Below the pieces are notes generated by a model, which saw only the letters and a list, made by a program, of their open reading frames with translations, did not search any database and had not been told where the DNA came from. Both the position numbers and the translations under genes were made by a program. Shown piece after piece: positions 42,458 through 57,585 of a stretch of DNA of 64,000 nucleotides (positions are counted from its first letter, which is position 1; each line of letters opens with the position of its first letter). This stretch comes from the human T2T-CHM13v2.0 reference genome, Homo sapiens: NCBI RefSeq assembly GCF_009914755.1, contig NC_060931.1. One strand, given 5' to 3'.

Positions 42458-43763
42458 ATAAGGAACTTAAATTTGTCCAAAAGCATTAAAGTACCTCCTC
42501 ATGTCTACCGTGCCCTACCCCAAGGTCCAGTTCATTCACTTGGAGGATCCAATGATCACTCTCAAAGCCTGTATAATATACATCTATTTTAAGCCACTGT
42601 CCTCACTTCCACACTCCATTACAAACTTGAAGAAAACAGACACTCCACAACACCGAAGCACTTTTGCAACCAGTTCTTCATGCTTGAATATTTTTCAAAT
42701 CCTTGTTTCCCTGCCTCTATCATTGTTATTTGCTTCTTTTTCACCTTCATTTGATCTTTGGATTTGACACTAGGCCATTGCCTTAACAACAAGCTTTATT
42801 CCTGTCTTTAGTCACAGTATTTATTGACTCCCCCAAGCCATCATAAGTGACCATCTTTCCTAGTCTGGGCCAGCCCCAGAACTGAACCCTCCAAGCCCAG
42901 CAGTTCCGAGCACTAGTAGTGGTGTCCTTCCAGACTGACCCTAGAAGCTCATGTGACACAGTCATAGAGCAAAACTGCATACTCAGGAAATTATACTATA
43001 TTTTTAAGAGTATAATAGGTTATAGAAAGAGATTTAACTGAGAGAGAAATATACATAGCAAACACTACATCTACTTTGGCAAGGCTAAAGATCTCATAAG
43101 AAGCTCATAAGAAGCCTTGTCATCACTGGGCTTAAAAGTAGTTTCACAAATGTCAGAAGGTGTAAAGACAAGATTTGGGAGGGCAGGAGAATTCCTGAGA
43201 CTGTCTGTGCTTAAACTGCTGCATTTCCCCAACATATTTCTTCTTTAAAAAGCAACCTCCTTTGATAAATATCCAGTGGCTTAGATACCTACCACAAACT
43301 AGAAGTAATTAAAAAACAAAACAAAGCATACTTTTTTTTCTTCTCAGTACCATATTCTCTTACGTCATGCCAGTGACATCTTATCACCTTTCTCTTCCTC
43401 TTTCAGACTCATCCAGTCCCTGAGTGTGGTACAGGGTGAATACTGGGTCCTAGTCACCCTTGCCCAGTCACCTTTGCCCCAGTCACCCTTGCCCAGTGCA
43501 TGAGATTGACCAAAGGATTCATGCTAAGAGAGGCAAGCCAAGAGGACCTCAGGCTATTGCCTCCCTGACTCATCTCAGCTCCTAGAGTATGAGTATCATT
43601 AAGAGAAGTTTACCACTGTCCTCATCCCCATCTCCAGAGCTCTGTCTCAGAGATTTTGCCTGGGGGTAGAAGTAAGACATAAAACAGATAGCTTCTAATC
43701 TCTTTCCAGAGGAACTGATTTTATTTGCAACAAAGCATGGACAAGTATAGGAAAACAGCCAGT

Positions 43764-44497
<734 letters not shown>

Positions 44498-44619
44498 GGA
44501 AGTTAGAGCCTAAGGCTGCTCTCAAAAACAGTGATGGTTGTGATAAAAGGCACTCCTAAATCTAATGAAGGTACAGCCTAAACCATATGGTCTAGGCTGT
44601 ACCTTCATTAGATCCATGA

Positions 44620-46450
44620 ATGAAGACAGAATCGGGGTTTTAGACAGCTGGGCAGAGTCATTCTGCAGTCAGAACAAATATCAAACACTGACCTCAGAAA
44701 CTATTCCTTTGAAGAAGCTACATTTTGATTGGATTAATTTGTAGAGGAATATATGTCAGAGGCATTGTTGAAAATGATACAACAATCAGCAGGAAACTTT
44801 CATTTATTTTTTATTTATTCACAGGCACAATCATAGTGCACTTCATAGGCCTTGAAATCCTGGCCTCCTTAGTAGCTGAAACTACAGGTGCATGCCACAG
44901 CACCAAGTTAGTTAGTAGAGTTTAACAGCTGACTGTAGTCAGGAAAAGAATAGAAGAGCCTCCTATTAGGACCATTGTCATCCCAGGGTGACTGTGAAAA
45001 AAAAACAGTGCTGTGCTTCCCTACAGAGCAACCTCAGAGGCTTCACAGTATAGGAGAAAATAGATTTCACAAAAATAATATGGCCAGTTACTAAAAAAAA
45101 AAAAAAAAATAAACAAATAATAATTAGCCCCAAAGGGGAAAAGAGGACCAATATCTAGAGTTGCTAAAAATATATTATCTAAAATGTGCAGTTTCCAATA
45201 AAAAATTTCGAGGCCTGACAAAAAATAAGAAAGTATGACTCATAAAAGACCTAAAACAGACAACAGAAACTGCCTGTGACAGTGACCTGCTGTTAGATCG
45301 AACAGAAAAACATTTCAAAGTAGCCCTCATCAATATGTTCACAGGTCAAAAGAAAGCATGAGTAAAGAAGTCAAGGAATGTGTGATGGCAATGTCATATC
45401 AAATAGAAAATCTCTATACAGAGATTTAAACATTGCAAAACAGAACAAAATTCTGGAATAAAAAAGTACAAGAAGTTAAATTGAAAAATTCACTGGACAG
45501 ACTCAACAGCAGATTTGAATTGGCAAAAGAATTAGCAAACTTTAAGGTAGATCAGTTGAGATTATATAGCTGAAGAACAGAGGGGAGAAAAGAATGAAGA
45601 AAAACTAACAGCACCTCAGAAAAATATTGGAACACCATTAAGTGCACTATCATACACATAACGAAAGTGCCAGGAGGACAGGAGAGAGAGAAAGATGAAA
45701 AAATATTAGAAATCATGATGACTGCAAACTTCCCATATTTATTAGAAAATAATAAAATACATGTCCAGAATGTCCTAGTGCATTTCCAGAAAGCACATAG
45801 GATAAGTGCAAAGATACTCACAAACAGACACAGCATAGAAAAATCCTAAATGTCTAAACATGAAGGAAATCTTGAAAGTCAAAAGAGGAAAATGGCATGT
45901 TCTTTACAAGGAAACCCCAATAGGCTTAACAACTGACTTCTCTGAAGAAACAAGAGAGGCCAGAAGACAGTGGGATAATATATTCAAAGGGCTCAAAGTA
46001 AAAAATAGTGAACCAAAAATTATATATCCAGTAATGCTATCTTTCAAAAATGAAGGCAAAGTAGAGTTTCCCAGACAAACAAAAAATTGAAAGAATTTGT
46101 TGCTAGCAGGCCCTCCTTATAAGAAATACAAAAGGAATTCTTCAGGCTGAAGATGATAACAGAAAGTAATTCAAATTCACACAAAGAGCACCAATAAACG
46201 TAATATTGCGTGACTCTAAATGATAATTTCAATACATATTTTTCTCTTTTCTTCTCTCAGTTGATTTAAAAGCAACTGCATAAAATTATATCTATATACT
46301 AAGAGAGAGCAAGAGAGAAAATTGTTAGGCTTATAACGTATAAAAGCATAATACATGTAAAATATATTTGCCAATAACAGTACAAAAGAAGTGAATGGGA
46401 GCAAAGTTGTAATGGTCTAAGAAATGACTACAGAGGATGAAGTAATAACT
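44620..46450 (+). mobile_element. Ancient L1M 5' region/ORF1 remnant (small FLAM-like insert ~44800-44905)
   Basis: ORF 45860-46090 (TPIGLTTDFSEETREARRQWDNIFKGLK...PKIIYPVMLSFKNEGK) is the L1 ORF1p C-terminal signature; frame broken. Confidence 0.85.
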
Positions 46451-46451
46451 A

Positions 46452-46559
46452 GAAAGAAAAAGAGAGAGAAAGAAAAGAAGGAAGAGGGAAGGAAGGGAGG
46501 GAGGGAGGGAAAGGGAAATGGAAGAGATGGGAAGGGAAGGGAAGAAATAAAGGAAAAAC
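46452..46559. repeat. Polypurine (GA-rich) tract
   Basis: agaaagaaaaagagagagaa...ggaagggagggaggga. Confidence 0.85.
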
Positions 46560-47077
46560 ATTGCCCATGCCTGCTTCATCTAAGTTAATAATGCCAGCCC
46601 TTATCTTTCTTAGCAGACACTTGCTAAGTTCCTGATGCCCCTCTTCTGCATGCTGAACCCCTGAAACAATCCTGATGCTGTGGACAGTATAACGGGAAGG
46701 ACAAGCCCACTTGCTGCCAGGCCTTCCTAGAATCTCTTTGTCTCCCAGTTATGGCTTGCCTGCCCTATTTGCCCTACACTATCGGCCAAACACTAATTAT
46801 GGGTTCCTGCCTCTACTTTCCCTGCCTAACACTGCAGTTTAGAATCCTATTTGGAATCAAAAATCTTTCCCAAATTCCATCTGCTTGGCTAAGCCTCATT
46901 ACTATTCTTAATATTTCCCTCTAGAGGGTAGACCTTGCTCCCTATAATTTAGTTGTCTTCTTACTTTGCAGGAACCTGTTGAGAAGGGAGCTTTAAACCG
47001 CTATAGTGTTACCACTTGCTTAGTGACAATTTTTGAATGTTGTCTACCATCTGCCCCCACAACTATGACCACCCTTC

Positions 47078-47078
<1 letters not shown>

Positions 47079-47107
<29 letters not shown>
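47079..47107. repeat. (CA)n microsatellite
   Basis: About 14 CA units. Confidence 0.95.
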
Positions 47108-47111
<4 letters not shown>

Positions 47112-49429
47112 CAGTGTTGAATTTCCTTAGATACTTTGGACACTAAAACCTGCAAGAAGCAAGCCAGGGTCTGCTTTGACCTTTCTGACATGTCCCTCAA
47201 GCCCTAGAGCTGGGGTATTTTCCCAGCCCCTGCCTACATGAACCTGTGGATATTAGCATGGTTTTGTGACTTTGTTTTTGTTTTGCCTAAATGTGCCTGA
47301 ATTTTAACAGTGAATACATTAAACTGTTTTCTCAGTATTAATCTCAGAGCTGATGAACGTGAGTGGCTTATAAGCTTCTCTAGTAAGTAAATTTATAATA
47401 TAATTTTTTGTATCCTCACTCTCAAGATTTTGCTGATTTATTATTTTTGCTGATCATAGGTGTGCTTGCTGCAAGCTACATAGCTCTCCCCTTCCCTATC
47501 CCCTGCTCTCTTTCTTGCCAAAAGCAAAGGAACAGATTTTATAATCTACCTTGGACAGAAAATCAGGAGAACCAAGATGATAGAATAGAACTCAAAGTCA
47601 GAAGAAATACACTCTAATGAGAGTCTTGAAAAATTAATGAGCTTTAGTGTAAGGATTCTGTGATGTCTGTTTTTGCATAAGGATTTAAAGTAAAAATATT
47701 GTGTGGGTGTGTGTTTAGTCATCTATGTTTTGTGTACTTAAGGTTCTAAGATAAGTGGCTTCTGGTCATTAAAGAATTATTGAGCTAACTTTTTGAAAAA
47801 AGACTGAGAAAATATTTCAAGAAAGTTTAACTTTTAGCAGATCATTTTATTTCCAAGTCTAATTTTGTATCTGAGCTACTTCAAGTCTATAGTCAGCGAA
47901 ATGACCAGTAAACTGGGAAGAAAACTAAGGTTCTAATCGGGTTTTTCCTGAGCCAGGAAACCTAGAGTGTTTAATAGCTCTCCATCCACAGGGATAAAGA
48001 GCTTTTCATTTCAAACATTCTATTAACTTATTTAATTTTATTATTATAGTTTCAATTTTGAGAAATTAGATCACATATTTAAAATTCTATCCCTTCTAGG
48101 TGGGAAAGATAATTTTTTGTGTAATTTTACAGTATCATAGACATTTTTTCAGAGGTAAAATATCCATGACCTTACAGCCTTTTCTTAAATCTAAACACTA
48201 AGTGCTAATATGGGGAATGTCCTTTAATCTTATTGATAACAGTAGTTCAGTGTTATGAAAATGACAAAGTACATCTCAATTTTTAGGGGTCAAAGTTAGG
48301 TTTATAATATTAGTTTATATATGTTGTTTGGTCAAAAAATAATAATAAAATCAAACTCCTGTTTCTAAGAGAGCTTTGGAAATAGTCCGTGTGTTATAAA
48401 AATCAGATACTCAAGTTTCCTCTGGGTGTATCTAGATTAATAAGTGTTAGATTTGCTTTCTTTATTTTTATTTTTTTGGTTTTTCAAATTTGAAGACAGT
48501 TGTGATTAAAACATACAATTGTATTATGAATCCACATTCATACGTAGTCATATAATTATTTTGTACATTGAACCTTCATTGCAGGTGCTAATTGGTAGCT
48601 ACTAATTTCCTTTGTTAACTTGGATTCAAGCCCATAAATCTCGATGCATTTAACCTATATTCTTTCATTTGCAGAATAAAAATAACAATATTTCATGACT
48701 TACATGACTTGATAGTCATCACAAAACAATGACTGTGTCAGTAAATCAATAATAACTCCATACAAGTATTGCAATTCTCAATTGAAAAGACTGAGTGAAA
48801 GGTGTGATTTTTCAAAAGACATGTTTTCTGCTAAAACTAACAGTAGTGTCAAATGTTTTAGAAATTTTTGTAATGCAGATAATGAAACTGCGATGAATTC
48901 AACTAGAAATACCAAACTCATTTCAAATAGCTGGCTCATTCTTAAGAGTCACATTCCTCACTTTGCACTTTGCATTCTCCACATGAATACTGCAAAAGAA
49001 ACACTTAACACGCCCTGATGAATATAACAATTATAACACAAAAGAGATCATTAATGCATCGGAACAGAAGAGTATGGTCTGTTAGCGTCTAATTAGGCTT
49101 CTGCTGTAATTATCTTCCATTTGATAAATTTTCTTCAAGTAAAAATGATAAAACAAATCATGGGTATTCGCTTAGTTTAATTAGTTAGCAACACTAAGAC
49201 AAATTTAGTTTAATCTGTACCCTTTTATGTACTTTTTTCTAAAGATCTTAACTATAGGAAAGCTGAATATTTTAATGGTTTAAGTCTTTCACAATACCCA
49301 CATCATAAAATCTTTCCTACACACCCTTACCTCCTATCCCAAACAAATTCAAACACTGTGCATGGTTATATATATTGAAACATTATCAAGGAGAGAGGGG
49401 ATTAAGGAAACATTGTGTGACTGGATTTA

Positions 49430-49650
49430 GAGAATAAATGGGGGGGGGGGAGAAAGGAGAAGAAAAGGAGAAAGGAGGAAGAGAGGAGTGGGGAGAAGAA
49501 CAGATACTGAGAAGGAAAGAAAGAGAAGAAAAGGAGAGTGGAGGAAAGGCGAAAGTAAGGGAGGAGAAGGGAGGAAAGGAGAGGAGATTTAAATAAAGAA
49601 AGGAGGCATGAGAAAAAGAAGAGTTAATGAGATGACTGGAAGGAAGAGAA
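49430..49650. repeat. Polypurine low-complexity tract with G11 run
   Basis: ggggggggggg agaaaggagaagaaaaggagaaaggagg... Confidence 0.85.
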
Positions 49651-50153
49651 TCAGGAACACAAAGATTGTTTTGCATTCATATCACTCATTGGTGTCCAAG
49701 CCTGATTTTAAAAAATTATCTCTCTAGCTATCTTGCTACTTGACCTACTTACCTACCTACCTATCTGGCATTGGAAGTTGTTTTGTTAAATCATCTTCCT
49801 ATCTCTGAGAAAAAAACATATGAGAGAGGACTAAATTCTGCCTGTAATTCTCCAAAAGAGAAAATTCTTCAAGTTCCCTAACAATTTTTTCTCTTCCTTC
49901 TGTAACCAAGAAAACTTTGGGCTATCCAGTTGGACTGATTCAGTCTTATATCCCAGGATCAGAAGTTCTTGCTGCCCCATGGAAAATGTGGCCTTTGATC
50001 CCCAAGAGGGTTGCACGAGGGAAGAAACAAACTTCACTTTGGTGCTGAAAAGCAACATATGTGTACGCTTGATTTGGGATGGTTGGGACATCTGCTCCAT
50101 CTGGACATGCTGGAGAGAATGATAAATGAGATCAATTCAGGAAACAATGCATC

Positions 50154-50537
50154 GGTATTAGTCTGTTCTCACACTTCTATAAAGAACTACCTAAGATTGG
50201 GTAATTTATGAAGAAAAGAGGTTTAATTGACTCATAGTTCCACAGGCTTAACAGGAAGTATGACTGGGAGTCCTCAGGAAACTGACAATCATGGCAGAAG
50301 GGCAAAGGGGAGGCAAGCACCTTTTTCACATGGTGGCAGGGAGAGAAAGAGCAAAGGCGGAGGTGCCACATACTTTTAAACCATTAGATCTTGGAAGAAC
50401 TCACTCACTATCATGAGAACAACAAGGGGGAAATCTGCCTCCATTATCCAAGAACCTCCCACCAAATCCCTCGATGAAAATTGAGAATTACAATTGGATA
50501 TGAGATTTGGGTGAGGACACAGAGCCAAACCATATCA
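50154..50537 (-). mobile_element. Solo THE1D/MSTA-type LTR
   Basis: gtattagtctgttctcacac...agagccaaaccatatca; TSD gcatc at 50149-50153 and 50538-50542. Confidence 0.88.
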
Positions 50538-53129
50538 GCATCCAACTGGATTTCCTTCCAACTTGTTTGCAACATGGAAAAAAAGGTCAATCTTCCTCAT
50601 TAATAATTTTTAAAAATTTATTATCAGCTAAGTTTATAGGCTATTTTGATTGTCTTTTTTAAAACTGCTTGGAAAGGCTATGCTAAATGAGTTCTTCCCA
50701 AATATTTATGTAGAAGGATCCTGAGATATTTTAAATGCATATCTACATTAAAATGTTGTTTCAATACATAAATGGCATTTTGAAATGTACCTCTAAAATC
50801 CATTTGATAGTAAGTCAATTTTGATTATAGATCTGAGATGTAAAGAAAATAGTGGCTCTAAAATCTCTTCTACTATCAAAATTAATGTTTAGTAAAATAA
50901 ATACCTGATAAATTACCCAGGATGCATGCTGAGATACATTGATTGAACTAAAACATAAAAAATACTATGCACACCATTGATTCAAGTTTTCAAGAAGGAG
51001 AAAACATTTGGGAACTGCTATCTAATTTTACTAGAGCTTATATTCATCTGGGAAGGATTGATCTGGCCATAAAAGTCTTTGAAATATTGAATTCTGAATT
51101 CTTGGTAAATAGCTGCTGCTCTGGGTCCACTGACTCCCTGGTTACTCTGTCCACTCTTTCAAAATCTTTGTGCTATCTAGAAAATAAAGCATTAATGTTG
51201 GGACACCCTGTGTCTTCCAGTATCTGTTCCAATAACTTGGAACATCCAACCTAAAATTGTTGGTGCCTGGACCATAATGGTATCAAATATGTTTTAATAT
51301 AACCCTTGAATAGAATATGTATTTCAGTTTCACCAGCATGAGAGAATATGTTTTCAGGGATGAATCGGGTTATTGAATAACCATGGGTTTTTGATTATTT
51401 GTTGGTTGATTGTTTTTAAACTGCAAGTTTTTTCATACCTTTCTTTTCTTTGGCAAGGCCCAGCCTATCTCATTCAGTCTCTAGGCATCATTAAAGTTTG
51501 TTTTACAGACACAGGTGCAAAAATAGTGACTCAACTTCCATTCCCTCCATTGGCCTCCTTTTCTCTGGTGATGTAGGCAAATCAGGGCATTTTGTCTTCT
51601 TTCTTCCATGGTCTTTTCCACCTCCCTCAGTAAAAGAAGAAGGATGTATAATGTGTAAGCTTGTCCTCCTCTAACCAGCACAGCAGTTCTTTAAATAGTT
51701 AATGAGCAGAGAGGCTGAGGATCCCAGAATTTTCCTGTACAAATTTTGGATGTAAATTATTCATTTAGTTTCCTGGGGCAAACTTCCTTTGGATCTGGGT
51801 TGAAGGTACCGCAACTAGCAGAGATCAACCTTTCTCACTAATAATTCCTTTCACAGCTCTAACATTGAATAGCTTTACTCTCCCCTTTCACATTGAATCC
51901 CCTGAAACAAAGACCACTGTTGAGAAAAATCACACTGCTCTAGAGCCTCATCCCAAAGCCTCATTTCAGTTTAATGTGCTCAGACATCATACATCTTCTA
52001 GGAGGTAAATAAAACCTTTGGGTGCACCAACCACCACCTAGGCCTGAAATGATGCCCAGGAGATGAAAAACCAACTCCATCTCCACCACAGACACACAAT
52101 GGAGCTGGCTACAAGCACGTACCTCCTTTCCTGGTTTTCTTATTAAATTTAGCATCTTCAGTTTAGTTATCATCCATAACTGTTTCATCCTAGTCAAAAA
52201 CATATTCAAAATAATTGCATGAGTTTATATTTTACATTAAAAAATACAGAGGTGCTGAATAAAATAGCACTGTCTCTTCTTTCCGCATTTTGTGAAAAGA
52301 AAAAATGTTTTGCTGACATAAATTCTCCTCATTTCATATTAGTTACTTTGTTGTCTCTCTCTTCTCTGAGTTAAAAGGGCTTCAGGTGAGAAGTGATGGA
52401 ACATTGATGTGTCATATGAAACTTTCCCTTTTCCACTCAGCACTGAGGAAAATATTTGTCTTCTACTTAACGAACAGGTCTTTTCTTTAAAACTTGCTGA
52501 ACTTGTTTTTTAACTTAGTAACTTCAGTGTGAACCAAAACAGGGATGTTTTAGATTTTCATCTCTTTCATGCCTAGGAAAAAAGAAAGAAAAAAAAGTTC
52601 CCAAGCTTACAGGCTAAATAAGTGGAATGAAGAAAAGATTTTTAGTTTACAAAATGACCATTTAAAACTATCATTGGCTTATTAAATTATTGCTTTCCAA
52701 TAAATACCAACCAAAAATCACTATCACAGACATAATATATGTAAACTGCCAATATAATTTCACTTTATTTAACAGCAATGTGTAAAGAACAAATAGAAAT
52801 GATCATTCATCATTAACAGATATATAGTGCTTTTAAATTTTAATAGTAGTATTTGCTCATTATGCTAACTCAAACTGAAGCGTATGGCAAATCCAAGTTT
52901 TTTATACTCTAAAAACATTTCAATTCTACCTGAAAATACCCTTCTGTAAATCCACCCATGAAGTTTTTTAAAAAATTGGTAAGACGTAGAAGTATACACA
53001 GTTGAGCATAAGAATATTATAAACTATTTCATGTACTCAACAAAATTATGCAATTGAAGCTAAATAGTTATCGAATTACTACCCAGAAGAGTCAGCAGCT
53101 GCTTCTATTTAAGGCTTTCATATATGTCT

Positions 53130-54350
53130 TTGCTGTTCCCTCCCTACTCCCCCAAATTAACTCAGGATTAATTTCAAGAGCTCTTTCTCCCTGTAGGGCA
53201 CTGGGAGATGATGGAATGGGGAGCAGCTGCATTTTCTGAGCCGTTTTATCCCTTCTAGCTATTTCCCTTCCTTTACTTTCCACAGTCTCTCCCTTCGCTT
53301 GTACAATCTCAATTAGTTCCCAAGCTTTAAAATACATTTACTGTATATCCTGATGATTCCTGAACACACGTCTCTAGCCTGGAATCCCTCTACTGGGAAC
53401 TTGAGACTCTGTATCCAACCAACTATAGGAGATCTCAAGCTGAATGTGCACAAGATGAAGCTTTCCTGGCTAGAATATCACACAACTTTTCAGTAAGTCA
53501 GGAACAGCATCTCCTTTCATTCAAACCATTCTTTCAACCAGAAACCTAGATTTTATCCCTGATTCTTCTTTACTTATTTCTATACTGTGTTCACGCTAAT
53601 GGAAAATTCTATCAATTCTACTACAAAACATGCTTCAAATCCATTTCATTCTCTGTCTCCATTGCCACCAGCCTAGACAAGAAAACTGCCACCCCACCAC
53701 TGGACTACTTCCACAGCCTTTGCTGCATCCATATCTGCTCTGATTAGTTCATTCTCCATAAAAAAAAGTACAGCAATATTTATAAAATACAAATAAAATC
53801 AGGTAATGTATGTACTTAAGCAGTGAAGCATCTTTTCACTGTATTTAGAATAAATTGCAAACTACTCACTATGGTTCACCCTGCATGAAATTTTCCCTAT
53901 ATATACCTCTAACATCTTCCCCTCAATCACTGTACTAGAACCTCACTAGTTTATTCTTGATTTCTCAACTGTATCAATCTCTTTTCTGCCCTGGGTTTTT
54001 GATATGCTGTGCTTTTTGCCTGAAATACTCTAGCTGCTGACCTTCTCATGACTATTTCCTTCTAATTTTCAAAGCTTCCTTCAAGATATCATGCACACTG
54101 ACCTTACCTAAAGTAGGCCCCATTCCACAGCTATTGTTTACCTCAGCTGTTATATTTTTTTCCGGTAAACAACTTTTACTTATTTCACATGTACTATCTC
54201 ATTTAATTCTCCTAAGTACCATGTGCAATAGATATTATTGAGCTCATTCGACAGGTAAGAAAACTGAGGTTCCTGATGGCAAACAAATTTGCCCAAGGTT
54301 GCATGCCAATAAACTATAGAGCTGGAAATTTAAACCAGTTGAACCAGCTC
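53130..54350. mobile_element. L2 fragment (plus) followed by MIR (minus)
   Basis: ctgatgattcc...tctctagcctgga; ccactggactacttccacagcct; acaggtaagaaaactgaggttc...tttgcccaagg. Confidence 0.65.
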
Positions 54351-54518
54351 AGAAGTTAAAAAATCTACCTCATTTCAGATAACTAGAAAATGGATCTGGC
54401 CAGTTCTAGTTAAGAGTTTTGAGTTCTTTTTACTGAACTATGCTGCTGCCCTATATCTAAAGGAATAGTGGCTAGATAAATACTTTTCATGTCCCCCAAC
54501 TTAAAACAGACCAGAAAA

Positions 54519-54568
54519 CACACGCACACAGACACGCACACACACACACACACACATACACACACACG
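54519..54568. repeat. Imperfect (CA)n microsatellite
   Basis: cacacgcacacagacacgcacacacacacacacacacatacacacacacg. Confidence 0.9.
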
Positions 54569-56933
54569 TTTTCTATATATTGTAGACACTATCAAAATGG
54601 TAAGAGACTATGGGAGGGGGAGAGCAGGAGAGAGGTAATATGGTAAGTAATTTTATTGTTTCATCCATAATTTTCTGCACTTTTCAAAATTTACTACTAA
54701 AAACATATCCTGTCATAATTAGAAAACCACAATAAAATGTTAAATAGGTCTGATTATATCAAAAACATAATTAAAAAAGTAAGTTAAATGGAAACATCTG
54801 ATCCTTTTATGTTAATTTTATGACTAGTTTTTCATTGTTTTCATATGTTTTATTAATTTATTGGATTTTTTTTACTAATTTTATATATTGTATTAGTCAA
54901 AGGCGCCATACAACTGAGATTAGAAACTATAATCTTCTGAGACTTTGCTTCCTCTGTGTATTTTCCTGAGCCAATTCATCAATTTTTTTTATTAATTCTA
55001 AAGCCACCCTAAGTAATATTTACATTTAAATTGTATATTCATGTATACCTGAAATTAATTATAAGGAATGGTACATTATTTACACAAGTGACAAATGCTT
55101 CTCAGAGATATTTGATTTTTTCCATAGTTGTGACTATTCCCTAGAGTTCCATTAATAACCTTTACTCAGTCTAAAATTGCTGCACCACAAATCCAGCTTC
55201 CTACTGACAACTCAGTGGCATTTCTACAACAATAGGCCTAAAAGAAAACTCTTTACAGCCCCAAGCTAAATTAAGTGCCCCTCAGTGATGCTCCCATAAC
55301 ACCCTATGTGAACTTCTTTCAGCATGTACATTGTATATCACAGTTATTTGTTTGTATAGTCCTCACTAGATGATAACCTGCTCAAAGGCAGCCCCGTTGT
55401 TCATCTCCTTAGTATCTAGCAATGTCCTATAGGCACTCTCTCAACATATTGTTGGACTTAAAAAATTGACTTCTTTAAAATAATATAATAAAAACCAGTA
55501 GTCTTTCCTCAATCAAAATCTACATCATAAGAAGTATAAAGTTAGTCAATCAACATATGTTTTATCCCTAAAAGATTCAGTTAACTGTAGGCCAGATTGG
55601 GAAAAGTTCGACGGAACAGTTGATCAGCTGGAAATTTTTGACTTCTGGTACACCAAACAGAAGATATCTACAAAGTGTATTTGGGATGATGGTCAAGTAT
55701 TTGATTTCAGTGTTCTTTTACTGCATGGAATTGGTGTCAGTTTTCTTCTCTTATTCATTAGATTCTATCTCTGTTATTCCATTTAAAAGGTGTGTTTAGA
55801 TGTACAAAGACTTCACTGAAAAATAGTGAATTTCAGTAAGGCTGTAAGTGCAGGAGATATCTTTCCGCATTTATATAGTTCAAAAAAAAAAAAACCTCAC
55901 CCTTTTTGCATCCAGATCTTGTCAGCATCTTTGATCTTTGCTCTCTCTCTCTCTTCCAGGTCATTCTATTTGATTCTTTGAATGTTGTTTAGAGTTGGGG
56001 TCTGATATAAAATGTCACTTTCAGAATTTCATCAACTGGGACAGTAAGTAGAAGATAATGTTTTTAGAGTTTCCAGAGAGGAGATTCAAAGTCTGATGCT
56101 TTGCCTCAAATAGTCATAAGGACTGGGGGGCACAAGCATCCACTGGCTATATGAAAAAAGGAAACACTTGAAAATATGGCTAGTGAAAGAAGGAGATCCT
56201 AAGGAATTAAACAGACAGCCCAAAATCTATATAGACAATTGTGTCACTTAGGGGTGTAGGGTATGCAATCTCTGGGAGATTGCATGAGGCCAGAACTCCA
56301 ACTCTATGACTTAGAGTTCTGGCAGGGTATTATTTACATTATGTAGACCATTGGCTAACTTTGCAGAAGGGTCTTTGGAGCCTCCATTTGGCTGCCAGCC
56401 ATGATTCACTGCAGCAGCATGTTGTCAAGGCAGCTAGTCTTTCATCCACACACCCATGCTGACCCTTCTGCAGAAACTAACCCTTTCTCACCTAACAACA
56501 CAAACAACCTTATTTTCACACTACCATTAAGAATCACATCTATTATTTATAGGTCATTATGTAACAATTCTTTTCATATAATACTTCTAAGCTTCACCAC
56601 AACCCTATAGTATAAGTATTATCATCCCCAATTAGAAAAGTAAGAGGTTACATATCTTGCCCAAGTTCTCAGATCTAGTACAAGGTTGAATTGGGATTCA
56701 AACCAAAGTCTCTCTGGTTCCCCAACCCCCTTGTCACTGATAACTAGTGATCTATTCAGTCATCACAATAAATTCTGGAGAAGGGACAAAAGCCATTTTG
56801 AAGTGCAAACTCATGAAAAAATCATTAAGTAAATTACATTATTAAAGTTACAATCCTGTCTTCATTATTAGTAGAACTGACTTGCTTATCATAAGAACCT
56901 ATGATTATCACTTAAAGTGTGTGCTTTAATCTT

Positions 56934-57196
<263 letters not shown>

Positions 57197-57291
57197 TGTG
57201 TGCTTTAATCTTGATGATATGTTGTATTTTTAAATATTCAGTTATTAAAAAGATAATGTATTTTAATGAGGCAATAAACAAGTTATATTAA

Positions 57292-57585
57292 TTTTTTTGT
57301 TTTTGAGACAGAGTTTCGCTCTTGTTGCCCAGGCTAGAGTGCAGTGGCGCGATCTCACTCACCGCAACCTCCGCCTCCGGGATTCAAGCGATTCTCCTTT
57401 CTCAATCTCCCAAATAGCTGGGATTACAGGCATGTGCCACCACGCTCGGCTAATTTTGCATTTTTAGTAGAGACAGGGTTTCTCCATGTTGGTCAGGCTT
57501 GTCTTGAACTCCCAACTTCAGAGGATCCACCAGCCTCAGCCTCCCAAAGTGCTGGGGTTATAGGTGTGAGCCACCGCACCCGGCC
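57292..57585 (-). mobile_element. AluSp
   Basis: gagtttcgctcttgttgccc, caccgcaacc, tttctccatgttggtcagg; TSD acaa(g/a)ttatattaatt. Confidence 0.9.
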
